NCBI RefSeq assembly: GCF_002113885.1
Contig: NW_018403955.1
Coordinates: forward strand, 220,215-284,214
Length of the DNA: 64,000 bases
Reading direction: 5' to 3'
Source: Mizuhopecten yessoensis
Lineage: Eukaryota
The notes beneath the pieces are model-generated. The model was not told the DNA's origin. It did not search any database and saw only the letters and a list, made by a program, of their open reading frames with translations. Shown one piece after another: positions 11,201 through 22,500 of this stretch. Both the position numbers and the translations under genes were made by a program. The first letter of the stretch is position 1; the number at the start of each line of letters is the position of its first letter.

Positions 11201-14200
11201 CGGGTCTCGCTTTAACTTATTCCTTTCCTTGTGTTGGACATGTCTGGGTCTCCCTTTACCTTATTACATACCTTGTGTTGGACATGTCTTGGTCTCCCTT
11301 TTACTTATTACATACCTTGTGTTGTACATGTCTAAGAGATACGGGTCTCGCTTTAACTTATTCCTTTCCTTGTGTTGGACATGTCTGGGTCTCCCTGTAA
11401 CTTATTCCATACCTTTGTGTTTGACATGTCTGGGTCTCCCTTTAAATTATTCCATACCTTTGTGTTGGACGTGTCTGGGTCTCCCTTTAACTTACTTTTA
11501 CTTATTACATACCTTTGGGTTGGACATGTCTGGGTCTCCCTTTACCTTATTACATACCTTTGTGTTGGCCATGTCTAAGAGATATGGATCTCCCGTTAAC
11601 TTATTACATACCTTTGTGATGGACATGTCTGGGTCTCCCTTTACCTTATTACATACCTTTGTGTTGGTCATGTCTAAGAGATATCAGTATCCCTTTTACT
11701 TATTACATACCTTGTGTTGGCCATGTCTAAGAGATATGGATCTCCCGTTAACTTATTACATACCTTTGTGATGGACATGTCTGGGTCTCCCTTTAAATTA
11801 TTCCATACCTTTGTGTTGGACATTTCTGGGTCTCCCTTTTACTTATTACATACCTTTTGTCTAAGAGATATCGGTCTCCCTTTAACTTATTCCATGCCTT
11901 TGTGTTGGACATGTCTGGGACTACCTTTAACTTATTCCATACCTTTGTGTTTGACATGTCTGGGTCTCCCTTTAAATTATTCCATACCTTTGTGTTGGAC
12001 ATCTCTGGGTCCCCCTTTAACTTATTACATACCTTTGTGTTGGCCATGTCTAAGAGATATGGATCTCCCGTTAACTTAAGCCATATCTTTGTGTTGGACA
12101 TGTCTGGGTCTCCATTTAACTTATTCCATACCTTTGCGTTGGACATGTCTGGGTCTCCCTGTAACTTATTCCATACCTTTGTGTTTGACATGTCTGGGTC
12201 TCCCTTTAAGTTATTACATACCTTGTGTTGGACCTGTCTAAGAGATATGGATTTCCCGTTAACGCATTACATACCTTTGTGTTGGACACGTCTGGGTCTC
12301 CCTTTAACTTATTGCATACCTTTGTGTTGGACATGTCTAGGTCTCCCTTTAACTTATTCCATGCCTTTGTGTTGGACATGTCTGGGTATCCCTTTAACTT
12401 ATTACATACCTTGGGTTGGACATGTCTAAGAGATACAGGCCTCCCTTTTACTTATTACATACCTTTGGGTTGGACATGTCTAAGAGATATGGGCCCCCCT
12501 TTAACTTATTATATACCTTTGTGTTGGAGATGTCTGGGGCTCCCTTTAACTTATCTCATACCTTTGTGTTGGACATGTATAAGAGATACAGGGCTCCCTT
12601 TTACTTATTTCATACCTTTGTGTTGGACATGTATAAGAGATACAGGGCTCCCTTTTACTTATTTCATACCTTTGTGTTGGACATGTCTGGTGCTCCCTTT
12701 AACTTATTACATACCTTGGGTTGGACATGTCTAAGAGATACAGGCCTCCCTTTTACTTATTACATACCTTGTGTTGTACATGTCTAAGAGATACGGGTCT
12801 CGCTTTAACTTATTCCTTTCCTTGTGTTGGACATGTCTGGGTCTCCCTGTAACTTATTCCATACCTTTGTGTTTGACATGTCTGGGGCTCCCTTTAACTT
12901 ATCTCATACCTTTGTGTTGGACATTTCTAAGAGATATGGGTCTCCCTTTTACTTATTTCATACCTTTGTGTTGGACATGTCTAGGTCTCCCTTTAACTTA
13001 TTCCATTTCTTTGTGTTGGACATTTCTAAGAGATACGGGTCTCCCTTTAACTTATTCCATGCCTTTGTGTTGGACATGTCTAGGAGATATGGGTCTCCCT
13101 TTAACTTACTCCATACCTTTGTGTTGGACATGTATAAGAGAGACATGTCTAAGAGATATCGGTCTCCCTTTAACTTATTCCATGCCTTTGTGTTGGACAT
13201 GTCTAGGTCTCCCTTTAACTTATTACATGCCTTGTGTTGGACATGTCTAAGAGCTACAGGTCTCCCTTTTACTTATTCCATACCTCTGTGTTGGACATGT
13301 CTGGGTCTCCCTTTAATTTATTCCATACCTTTGTGTTGGACATCTCTGGGTCCCCCTTTAACTTATTACATACCTTTGTGTTGGACATGTCTGTGTCTCC
13401 CTTTTACTTATTCCATACCTCTGTGTTGGACATGTCTGGGTCTCCATTTAACTTATTCCATACCTTTGCGTTGGACATGTCTGGGTCTCCCTTTAAATTA
13501 TTCCATACCTTTGTGTTGGACATTTCTAAGAGATATGGATCTCCCGTTAACTTATTACATACCTTTGTGATGGACATGTCTGGGTCTCCCTTTAAATTAT
13601 TCCATACCTTTGTGTTGGACATGTATAAGAGAGACATGTCTAAGAGATATCGGTCTCCCTTTAACTTATTCCATTTCTTTGTGTTGGACATTTCTAAGAG
13701 ATATGGATCTCCCGTTAACTTAAGCCATATCTTTGTGTTGGACATGTCTAAGAGATATCGGTCTCCCTTTAACTTATTCCATTTCTTTGTGTTGGACATT
13801 TCTAAGAGATATGGATCTCCCGTTAACTTATTCCATACCTTTGTGTTGGACATGTCTAAGAGATACGGGTCTCGCTTTAACTTATTCCTTACCTTGTGTT
13901 GGACATGTCTGGGTCTCCCTTTAACTTATCTCATACCTTTGTGTTGGACATGTCTAAGAGATACGGGTCTCCCTTTGCACACTCCATTTTCTCAAAGCCA
14001 TCCCGATCCAGGACCTTGGCCTTGTTGTTACCAGACACAACCAATATGGTGTCACCTGTAGAACTATACTGTAACTGCTTGATAGGGTGACTGAGGATTC
14101 AAAATAAAACAAACATTTCAATGATTTCAAGAAAAAATATTATAAAAGGAAGAACATTGATGATAAAATGTTTGATAAAAATCTTTACAACAAATTTTTA

Positions 14201-17200
14201 TCAAAAAATAGAAAAGACTCAAGTTGGTTCTCTAAACTCAGAATGACCTTTTATGTACAAGCTATTTTACTTTAAACTGTGGAATGTGGGTGGGGGACAG
14301 CACATGGGAAGAGTCGAGAATGATTTTTTAAAACAAAGGAGGTCACCTAATTTGTTTATTTACTGTATGGACAAAGTCTGAACATTTCTTTCATACAAAA
14401 AAATGTATCCTGGCATAAATTGTGAATGTCAATATTTTCACTGAGTTATCAATGATTTGGAAGCAAATAAAATACAAAAATACAAAGTTCTTATTATAAC
14501 TGAAGTGTCAATGCCTCAATTTGCCATCACATTTGTTTTTAATTCAGCAGAATTGGATAAACCAAAAAATTCATCTTCTCACCATTATTTACTATGTTAT
14601 CCTTGGGTAAGAAAACTACAGGTGATGTAGTGTGTTTTATAAAATTGTAAACAAACTAATAGGTAGAAACCAACACTTTTTGTCAGAACCCTATGTCTTA
14701 AGATGATGTTCCTATCCTGTTTCACCAGCGTTCACCTATACAATCAGAATTTCTAACAATAGAAACATCTATTATCTCTGTAATTTTCTATAACAAGCAT
14801 GTCTTTGATGTAGACATATGAAAGATGGGCTGACTGACATACCATTCACAAGGTATGATTGACCTAAATTAGGCTGACATACCATTCACAAAGTCTGACT
14901 GACCTAAATGATAGGCTGACTGACATACCATTCACAAGGTCTGATTGACCTAAAAGATTTTAATGAGGTGTCCATTCCAGCAAAATCCCAGAACTTCATT
15001 TCATAGTCGACACCCCCAGTGACCAGCCTCGCCCCCGAGGGATCCAATGCTAGGGCAGATACCTGTAGATACAACATACAGTGTGTACTGTGGTGCAAAT
15101 ACCATTATAAATTAAGAATGTGTCATGCTGTCCTGAATTGGGTTTAGATAAATAATTAACAAATTTCATAAAAAGTAAAACTTTATTTAATATAGCTTAT
15201 CTAGACAAAATAGAGTCTTTCATATTGGAAAAGAAAACAATGCTTGAGGAAATAAATGATCTGTTTCTCTCAACACAATCTCGATTTCAAGGGAGATAAT
15301 TCAGTATAATTTGTGAATTTTTCACTGATATCATAGTGCTCCACTTTTACACAAACCTATTGAATCAAAAAGCAGACTGTAAAATAAAAATTGAACTAAA
15401 AAAAATATTTTCTGGGTTGTTTCAGAATTTATTTATAATTGCCTACACAGAAATATGACATTTTTTAAATGATACACTTACAGGTTTGACTCCATGGTTC
15501 AGTAAAATTTCATGGCTCGATGGAATTTTACTAATCAAACTCTGAAAAAAATAACAAAAAAATCCTTAACTAATTATACTACATTTCAGCAGTTTGGCTG
15601 ATATAAAGGTAGTTGCTTGTCCATATACCATATTACCAGTAATTATAATTTTTTAACACCCTTTGTAACATATCAACTTCTTTTTAGTAACCAAGAATTG
15701 AAAACATAACTTTTTTTATATATATTTCTTAGGAAGACAATCACTAGTGTTCAGTTTGATAGCAAATGCATGATTCCTTTCAATAACCATATTATGATAT
15801 CTTTTATTTGAAGAGCATGAAACAGCAGGATTTTCATTAAGAACAGGCAGCAGGCCAAAATGACTGGTTCAGTTATGATTTTAATCTGTCCAAACCACCT
15901 TTTTTTCTTATATATCTCATATGTAACTTTACAAAAGTAGTCCGGTTAAAAATGTCATTTGGTCTGTTCAAACAGAAGTTACTGAAAAGGTTTAAAACAA
16001 TATGTATAAAAACTCTATCTCCTTACTGTTGCTAGAAAAATATCCCTGCTACCTAGTATGTGTATTAAAGTAACCACACATATGAAGCATTTTTGAAACA
16101 AATGTTTGTACATGTCTGTTCCATGACCTGACCAGAACAAAGATAGTAAGTATCATCTATTTATCAAAATGTTTTCTACATACTGGGGTTATTGATTAAG
16201 GTGATACTGGTCAAGTTTTTACAGGTCAGTTAAACTGGTGTGGAACCAAAGACTTTGAAACGATACAGGGCCATACCAGCTAAATGGCTTGGTGAAAAAG
16301 CTGAATATCTTTCCCTTGATATCATCATACTATGTTTATTTTATGCATTTATAACACATACATACACTGAAAAAAAATGAAACAAATTGTAACAATACTA
16401 TTCATACATAGGGAGGGGAAGTAATTAGAAAGTATTTTATTCTCAACACAAAACAAGTGTATTACATCAACAATCATAGACATTAATTCTCTGATTGCTT
16501 TTGTAATATTACAAATACTGAACTCTATGAAAACTAACAGATCTATTCAATGTTATTGTAATATACAAAATAGAAGATAATCCAGGAAGAGCTCTTGCTT
16601 TTAAATACTACAGTAGAGTACTAATATATACATGCTGAACCCCCTTTACACACCTCTTCCTCCTCCTCACTATCGTCCTCATCAGAGTCTCCTCTTCCCC
16701 TCATGCCAGGAGAATCAGAGTCTCCTCCTCCCCTCATGCCAGGAGGAAGAGGTGGACCTATGTCATCCTCTTCCTCGTCACTTCTCTTTGTTTTGTCTGG
16801 ACCAAGCATTCCAGGGGGAAGTGGAGGCCCTACAACCTCCTCATCAGAATCTGAACTAACTGCCTTTTTCTTTGGTTTGTCCTTCTTTGTTTTTGAATTT
16901 GGTTTTTCATCTGAACTGGAAGAGTCAGAATCAGAATCAGCACTACTGTCACTATCAGAACCTGATGATGAACTTGATTCTTTTCTTGATTTTTCCTTCT
17001 TACTCACAGTCAGCGTTTCTATATCTGGAGGCTCGGAATCTATGTTATCTGCAAAATAATACATTGAAAACAACACTGTTACAGTGAATGTCAGATTTTA
17101 GCAAGCTAGGATAAAACTTGTTTTATAAAATTTCCAGTGTACATGTTTTTTCATAGTGTTGAATATCAGCCTTTTTTGTTCACAAATGATTTTAGTGCAA

Positions 17201-18394
17201 TTTTAATACAATTTTTAAAGTAATAAACTTAGTTTTCTGTCAATGCTTGTTTACAAACCCTTTGTTCTGTCGATGGCAGTTTTGCGAGCTTCCTGAAACA
17301 TGGCCATAAAGTCAAATGTACGGGCTTTCTTCTGTGTTCCTGTGGTAAACCATCAAATAACCATGATCAATATCACACTATGTAAAGTAAATATTGAATT
17401 AACTTATCCTGCAGATCACTGTATTACTATTTAGTATCTTTTGAACTCTTTACAATCTGGTATACCACGGAATTAGATTGTTCTTTCCGATATGTGCATA
17501 ATGGGACTAAGATTCAAATGACAACAGATGGTTTTTAGTGTCACACTACTAGAATATCACAACCTAGACAATATTACACTCCATTCCACGTCACTGGAGT
17601 GAGTAATGTTATGTATCCTACTCAAGGATGGAGTGATCAATGTTTGTGTATCTTCCTGAAGGATACGACATGTCGACAGGCGGACCTCAAATCACCGACT
17701 CGACAGTCACTTGTCTGTTGGTAGCTATATATGTATATATATATATATAGTAAAGCACACTATCCGCTGTGTAAATTACAGTGTCCCATATCATCAGATC
17801 AATATTCTCTTTATTCAGCATTTACCTTGCACATGGCTCTGAGTTGCTGAAGGTTTGTTTGCTTCATCCTTACTTGAATCACCTTTGCTTTCTGGAAAAC
17901 AAAATGGTACAAAGGTGTGGTTTTATTTTGGGACCTCGCTTTCCAAGTAATTTATCCTCCAAGCTCCAAAGCTGGACTAGCTGAAGCAGAGCCTGTCATA
18001 GCTATACAATTTCAAATGGGATATATCAAAGTCCCATCCTCCTATCAGCATGTAGCATACAGAATTGACGATAACGAGGGGAAAAGGTTACATAGTCATG
18101 TCCAGTGTATAGCACAGAAGGATGATCCCAATATCTTATCCTACGAGCGCCCGAAACTGGATTGAATGGTACTGTAATTTAGAAACGTTGTTATAACGTT
18201 GAGCAAGAATCTCATCGGAAAATCAATCATATACATAGCAATCACTTCAAATATAGTGATCATTTAATATAATAGTAATCATTAATACAAATGAAAATAA
18301 GAAATAACAACAAAGACGATAAAGGAAACTTGTAAAGTGTATAAAACATATTTTTACCACGCAGAGATTTCATTTCTTCTTCATCGTCCTCCAT
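2174..18394 (-). CDS. WDR70: WD repeat-containing protein 70 / gastrulation-defective 1 homolog, 17-exon gene model, 689 aa
   Basis: Exons: 18394-18358, 17891-17826, 17339-17259, 17048-16654, 15541-15482, 15062-14929, 14090-13937, 10126-10050, 9411-9231, 8512-8413, 7970-7886, 7247-7109, 6588-6488, 3978-3899, 3380-3264, 2993-2825, 2267-2174. All introns are GT-AG, phases are compatible and the sum is 2070 nt. Motifs KKARTFD, DPSGARLVTGG, KGDxYxxDMxNTKGH, WHPKLNQ, ALPMFRE, DPREAILRHA and WKK match WDR70. The first two exons are tentative. Confidence 0.92.
2825..2993 (-). CDS. WDR70: WDR70 exon (GGRVAQRGATLSQY...DPREAILRHAKEAEENPFWVEPAY)
   Basis: Conserved C-terminal block; cttag| and |gtaag. 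Confidence 0.93.
3264..3380 (-). CDS. WDR70: WDR70 exon (YALPMFREGRPTSTRK...ITGP)
   Basis: ALPMFRE and DPVKS conserved; AG/GT boundaries. Confidence 0.92.
3899..3978 (-). CDS. WDR70: WDR70 exon (GAMLSVVKSERK...QIIT)
   Basis: Phase-compatible; tttacag| and |gtgagt. Confidence 0.88.
4586..6274. repeat. Intronic minisatellite, 43-45 bp unit, ~38 copies
   Basis: Unit gaaacatctagtggcagtcgagagagaaagcccagggtacggatt with 1-2 nt indel variants; lies in the WDR70 intron 6487-3979. Confidence 0.97.
6488..6588 (-). CDS. WDR70: WDR70 exon (SVVRCLWHPKLNQMVVGCADG...)
   Basis: SVVRCLWHPKLNQ signature; tacag| and |gtgagt. Confidence 0.93.
7109..7247 (-). CDS. WDR70: WDR70 exon (TDCVFSPDDQMIITG...)
   Basis: TDCxFSPDD conserved; |gtaagt. 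Confidence 0.92.
7886..7970 (-). CDS. WDR70: WDR70 exon (DDTLKTWDIRNFKKPL...)
   Basis: WD motif; tacag| and |gtaag. Confidence 0.9.
8413..8512 (-). CDS. WDR70: WDR70 exon (VNVSMVNRNCHMNGSDTSCLCFSYCGQILASRG)
   Basis: DTSCxxFSY...LASRG conserved; AG/GT boundaries. Confidence 0.9.
9231..9411 (-). CDS. WDR70: WDR70 exon (TVRLWDV...ACQDGSIQIWDHNKSF)
   Basis: WD40 motifs; AG/GT boundaries. Confidence 0.93.
10050..10126 (-). CDS. WDR70: WDR70 exon (GHSAMLNSGCWHPKTREEFMTCSND)
   Basis: WD40 GH...WHP motif; tttcag| and |gtaagt. Confidence 0.93.
10833..13976 (-). repeat. Splice-donor-spanning minisatellite (54-bp and 45-bp units, ~60-65 copies) built from a WDR70 exon end plus 5' splice site
   Basis: Minus-strand unit aaagggagacccgtatctcttagacatgtccaacacaaag|gtatggaataagtt = the last 40 nt of exon 14090-13937 plus 14 nt of intron start. 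Confidence 0.97.
13937..14090 (-). CDS. WDR70: WDR70 exon (HPIKQLQYSSTGD...ECAKGDPYLLDMSNTK)
   Basis: Translated by hand; acceptor cctcag|, donor |gtatga; joins in frame to GHSAMLNSG in the next exon. Its last 40 nt are also part of the adjacent array unit. Confidence 0.92.
14829..14954 (-). repeat. Three-copy duplication of a WDR70 exon end plus donor (40-46 bp)
   Basis: Minus strand tttaggtcaatcagaccttgtgaatg|gtatgtcag occurs three times; GT at 14928, 14882 and 14842. Confidence 0.92.
14929..15062 (-). CDS. WDR70: WDR70 exon (VSALALDPSGARLVTGG...SFRSIRPCE)
   Basis: First WD40 repeat; donor |gtatgt. Confidence 0.93.
15482..15541 (-). CDS. WDR70: WDR70 exon (SLISKIPSSHEILLNHGVKP)
   Basis: Conserved IPxSHEIxLxHG motif; tttcag| and |gtaagt. 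Confidence 0.88.
16654..17048 (-). CDS. WDR70: WDR70 acidic/Ser-rich exon with two GPPLPPG motifs
   Basis: Open ORF, tttgcag| and |gtgtgt boundaries, GPPLPP motifs typical of the WDR70 N-terminus. Confidence 0.85.
17259..17339 (-). CDS. WDR70: WDR70 exon (TQKKARTFDFMAMFQEARKTA)
   Basis: Conserved N-terminal KKARTFD motif; AG/GT boundaries. Confidence 0.85.
17826..17891 (-). CDS. WDR70: WDR70 putative exon 2
   Basis: ttttccag| ... |gtaaa; 66 nt, open, phase 1-1; supported by splice signals only. Confidence 0.45.
18358..18394 (-). CDS. WDR70: WDR70 putative first coding exon (MEDDEEEMKSLR)
   Basis: ATG in gcaacATGg context, donor |gtaaaa, phase-compatible; no recognisable homology. Confidence 0.55.
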
Positions 18395-19461
18395 GTTGCA
18401 AATCTTAGTCAATTGAGCGTTTGATTCAACAGTGTCAAACCACTTTTGAAATGAAGCGTTTAGCGCACTCGTTGAGAAGTACAAAATTAGGATTTCTAAA
18501 CAAACGAAACAAAATACGATCAAAGTTTCTTTAGTACCAAATCATCAGATGGTTTTCTTTAAAATCAATATACAGTTTTCTTTTTTCATAGTTCTTCGTC
18601 TATCATTAAGATGACAACGGCTAGTTTCTTTTCATTAATCATTTTAATTTAGTCAGTGATTAGAGCGAAGTTAAGTTTGAAAACTGAACTTGTTAAAAAA
18701 AACACCCAAAGGAAATACACAAGGCTTCCAACCAACCAATGAATAACATTTTTAGTTTTTACAAAATGTTGTCGGCACTTCCTGATGTGCATTGTAAAAG
18801 GCATTCTCGATACTCCATATACTGTCATAGCAAAATTGAAGACACGCGGCAAGCTATTTGGTTGGTTTCGGGTAAAACACACCTGACTAATCGGTAGGCT
18901 GAAGCGACACCCGACTTCAAAGCCAGCCAATTGTACCGTTACGCGACTGACAGATTATTTTGATGTACACCAAAGGATCAAACTAGCGATCTTCTCGTGT
19001 CATCCATATATAGGGTGGCGCACACTGAGCCGTCGATTTTGCTGCGACATATTCCAAGTGTGCAGACAGCGAAAGTGAGCGTATCCCCTATACCGACTGA
19101 TCTAAGACTTTAATCACGAATGTATCGATGTCAAGGCTTCAGTAGCTTACAGATCGAGTTTAGATATATATATATTGTGAATAAAATTTGACACATCACA
19201 AACTAAAGGTTCATACTTTTGGACTGGAAATAATCAAATAAACGAAAATGAAAAGAAACCATACCATAAGACCCTAATTCAAAGATTTTCACGGCGACAA
19301 TGAATAAAAAACCCACCCAAAAACGGAAGTATATAGGTACCAAATTTCATGATAATATCTTCCGACAATCGATAATTGTCCCAAGCGTTATAACGGCAAA
19401 AAGGAAAATCTATATACTAATTTCAAGAACCTGTTCAGAGCTTCGATACGAGATGTAAAGG

Positions 19462-19540
19462 GGTGGCCTAGAGTCGAACCCGCGCCTGTCAGCACAACAG
19501 AGTACAAACGCTGTCAAACACTTTAGACCTCTCGGCCCTA
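19462..19540 (-). mobile_element. tRNA-derived SINE head or tRNA(Leu/Ser)-like pseudogene
   Basis: Minus strand ggccgagaggtctaa (A box, resembles the tRNA-Leu D arm) ... gggttcgactc (B box); no clean cloverleaf. Confidence 0.5.
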
Positions 19541-22500
19541 TATAAAAAACACACAGATATATTGGTCACTTTCGTTTATCGCGTTCAAAGTAGTTTGAAT
19601 GTCTCGGCCATATTTGTTTGTCAAATAAGGGCAGACTTAGTGGTCTGGCACAGTCTTCTAGTGAATCTTGGCAAATACTTTGAAGGCATGCATTCACATT
19701 TGCATGTCAACCAGGCTTTAGCTTCTGAAATGTTATATTTAGAAATGAAAGAATTATTTCGCACAAACGACAGGTCTTCTGCTATGATTCTGAGCTCCCT
19801 CTCCAGATGGCTTTCCGTTCACTGGACGTTTTGGCGTTTTCACATCGTTCTCCGAAGATATGGTAGTGAGGTGATAAGTCTCCGGAACTCATTGAGCCTC
19901 AATAGCCCCTCTTATGTCCTCCAGGCTCCCCTCTCTCACTGTTCAACTTTCTTTTCTTGCCGCTTTCTTACATGGAAATCATTCCCGGCAGCCTCATATT
20001 TTCAAAATAGTTTGCCTGAAAATTCTTTTCAGTCCAACTCTACTGACAAGCACTCGATTTCATTTTTCGACATTCTGCCGACATGTTGGTGTAGCCGCGA
20101 CCACTGGTGGTAACCGCCCGTAGTTCCTAGTCAGCAAGTCATATCTGTGCAATCATTGTCCTCATTCTCTTTTTCAGTGTCTCCGATTCATCTCAACTTG
20201 TCTCAGAATTTCCGTCACTCTTGCATGCTTGACCGCCTCCACTGTCAGCCGATACCATTTGGTACCGTGTCTTATGTCTTTCTGGATCTTTTTGACCTTA
20301 CACTCCCTTCTGTGTTTCTAGCTTCCTTACTTTTCTGATTTCATCTCATGCAAACATATTTAATCCCATACAGTGCATACTATGATATATTTACTTCCTT
20401 TGTCTTAACGATACTCCCAACTAGTGACACATCCAGCAAGCGAATTATAAGTATCCTGGTACGATTGACTCTTTGACTCTATGGCGTGCTATCAGTCCCC
20501 GAGGTTGGCTGTATCTTTGATTGTTCTGGTGAGCTATCAAAGTGCTTCCAATATTTTGTATGATACTATTGACTACTTGACTCTTCTTTCTCTTTTGTTT
20601 GTTCTTTCATCCTCACTTACAATGTCCTCTCTTAGATCAATCGACTGCTCTGTCTTCTCATTGTTTATATCTATAACGCTCTCTTACACATTGAGGCTAT
20701 GGCCACTGTAGTTGTCTTTCTAGACCATGGCCTCATCCATCACACCAGCGTATCCTATGCGATGCACCGCAACGTAAAAGAACACCCGGTATTTTTTCCA
20801 TTATTTATAGTTCTCTGGACGTTTGCTGTCTCTATTTGTTTCCGTCTCTGTTTGTACAATGGACCTATCATTTCCCGACTCTCATCGGACTCCAATGTTA
20901 CTTCCTTACGAGAAAATGCGACGGTCTGCCAAGCCAACACATTCTTTTTCTTATAGATACTGGCTCTACAGAATACTATAGTACATGTAAACATTGATAA
21001 TACCAATGTAAAATAGACGCCCATTAGCCGGTTTGCGCTTAGATTGACGTTTCAGCGCTTCCACGATGTCATCTAGAAGTGTGCCGATCATACCTATTGC
21101 CTCTCCTCCTTCCTCCAAGGCAACGTGGAGATGTTTTTGCACCCGACACATTTCTTCTGCGTCTACCTTCTCTCCATGGCTCTCCATAGTGACGGCTTGT
21201 ACACCATCTTATGCAAAATTCAACTGGTAGACACCATGCGCTCCATTCCTCAGCCCTTTAGTGACATTCAGTCCTTATATTTCGTTCTCTTTCTTTCGCT
21301 GACTTCCTCCAATCATGTCCCAGCAACACCACCTGTTTGATGCTCTTCAGTCACATTACGATGTCTGTTTCGAATGATAGCGCTGTTACCTCTGATTGAA
21401 ACTGATTCCTGATTCTGATGGCTGGCCGCAGAGTCTCATTCTCTGGTGCTGATATCACTTCCCTATGTCTCCCCTTTCACTCTAGCTTTAACTAAGTGCA
21501 TGGCTTTACCTCCCCCTATTTGATCACATCCAGCGTTATAGAAAGTAACAAAAGGTAAAAGATACAGCGTTTAGTAATAATTTAATCACAGATTATGTTA
21601 GTGAGAGGAATAGGTCCGTTGTATGCTACATGTTTCGGCTTGCGTTATGCATGGTGGTTTACTTCTTTTGACTTTTATCACCACTGATGAGTCTGAAATG
21701 GACGTAATGGACATATGGTTCAGTAAAACGTTTAGGTTGTTTAGTATTCTGCAGATATATATTTCATATTGGCGATTCCTTTCTTTCTATTCTACTAATG
21801 ATATTTTTAATATTGGCAATACTGTATATGATAAAACGAACACACTATTATAATAACAAACGTTTATAATTAAAATAAACAACTTTTTATGATAAATTTA
21901 AATCCAAGAATGGTACTGTCTGATACAATTGATTCTATAAGTGACTTACCCTCTACTATACTTTGATTCACGGATGTGCGACGCTTTGTTGTTATCAACA
22001 CTGGGCAATAAAAACCGTTTTACTCTGCATTAACAGAATATCGATATTAACATTACAAAGGATGACATGCACGTTGTAATATCAGAATTTGTTTATGATT
22101 TAATTCGTTATGAGAGTCTCGCACTGCAAGCAAATTTAAAATGACAAGTAAATATTCTATTATGAGAATATCGAAGACCTTGTATTATATTTCTTATTCT
22201 ACTTCATCCTCATCTACTTCATTCCCTATTTACCTTGTAAAATATTGCGACCGGATACTCCAATAAATCCACCTTAAAATTTCTAAGCCGACTACTTAAA
22301 ATACAAGTGTTCGAATTATAAGAAATTCTCTTACATTTGTTTTTAACATTGAATATTTAATTAAGCCTCATTCTATATAACAATTTAGATTTTCCTCTGA
22401 CAATATAAATATCTCTAAAAGAGAGAAAATCTAATTTTAAAGAATTTTTAAGACTTCGTATTTTTTATCACAATATTTAAGATACACAGTAAACTTATTG

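Noticed and set aside
10833-13936. Dscam-like cluster of mutually exclusive duplicated exons
   Set aside because: Units lack acceptors, branch points and pyrimidine tracts and are separated by only 14 nt, too short for an intron; they can only act as alternative or decoy donors.
10845-14090. Plus-strand ORFs (LDMSGSPFNLFHTFV repeats)
   Set aside because: Antisense translations of the WDR70 donor-spanning array.
16632-17087. Plus-strand ORFs overlapping the acidic WDR70 exon
   Set aside because: Antisense shadows of a low-complexity coding exon.
17630-17720. Possible degenerate SINE in a WDR70 intron
   Set aside because: Only a vague resemblance to a B box and SINE body; too weak to call without a library search.
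19462-19540. Functional tRNA gene
   Set aside because: A and B boxes are present but the acceptor and anticodon stems do not pair convincingly; treated as a SINE head or pseudogene.
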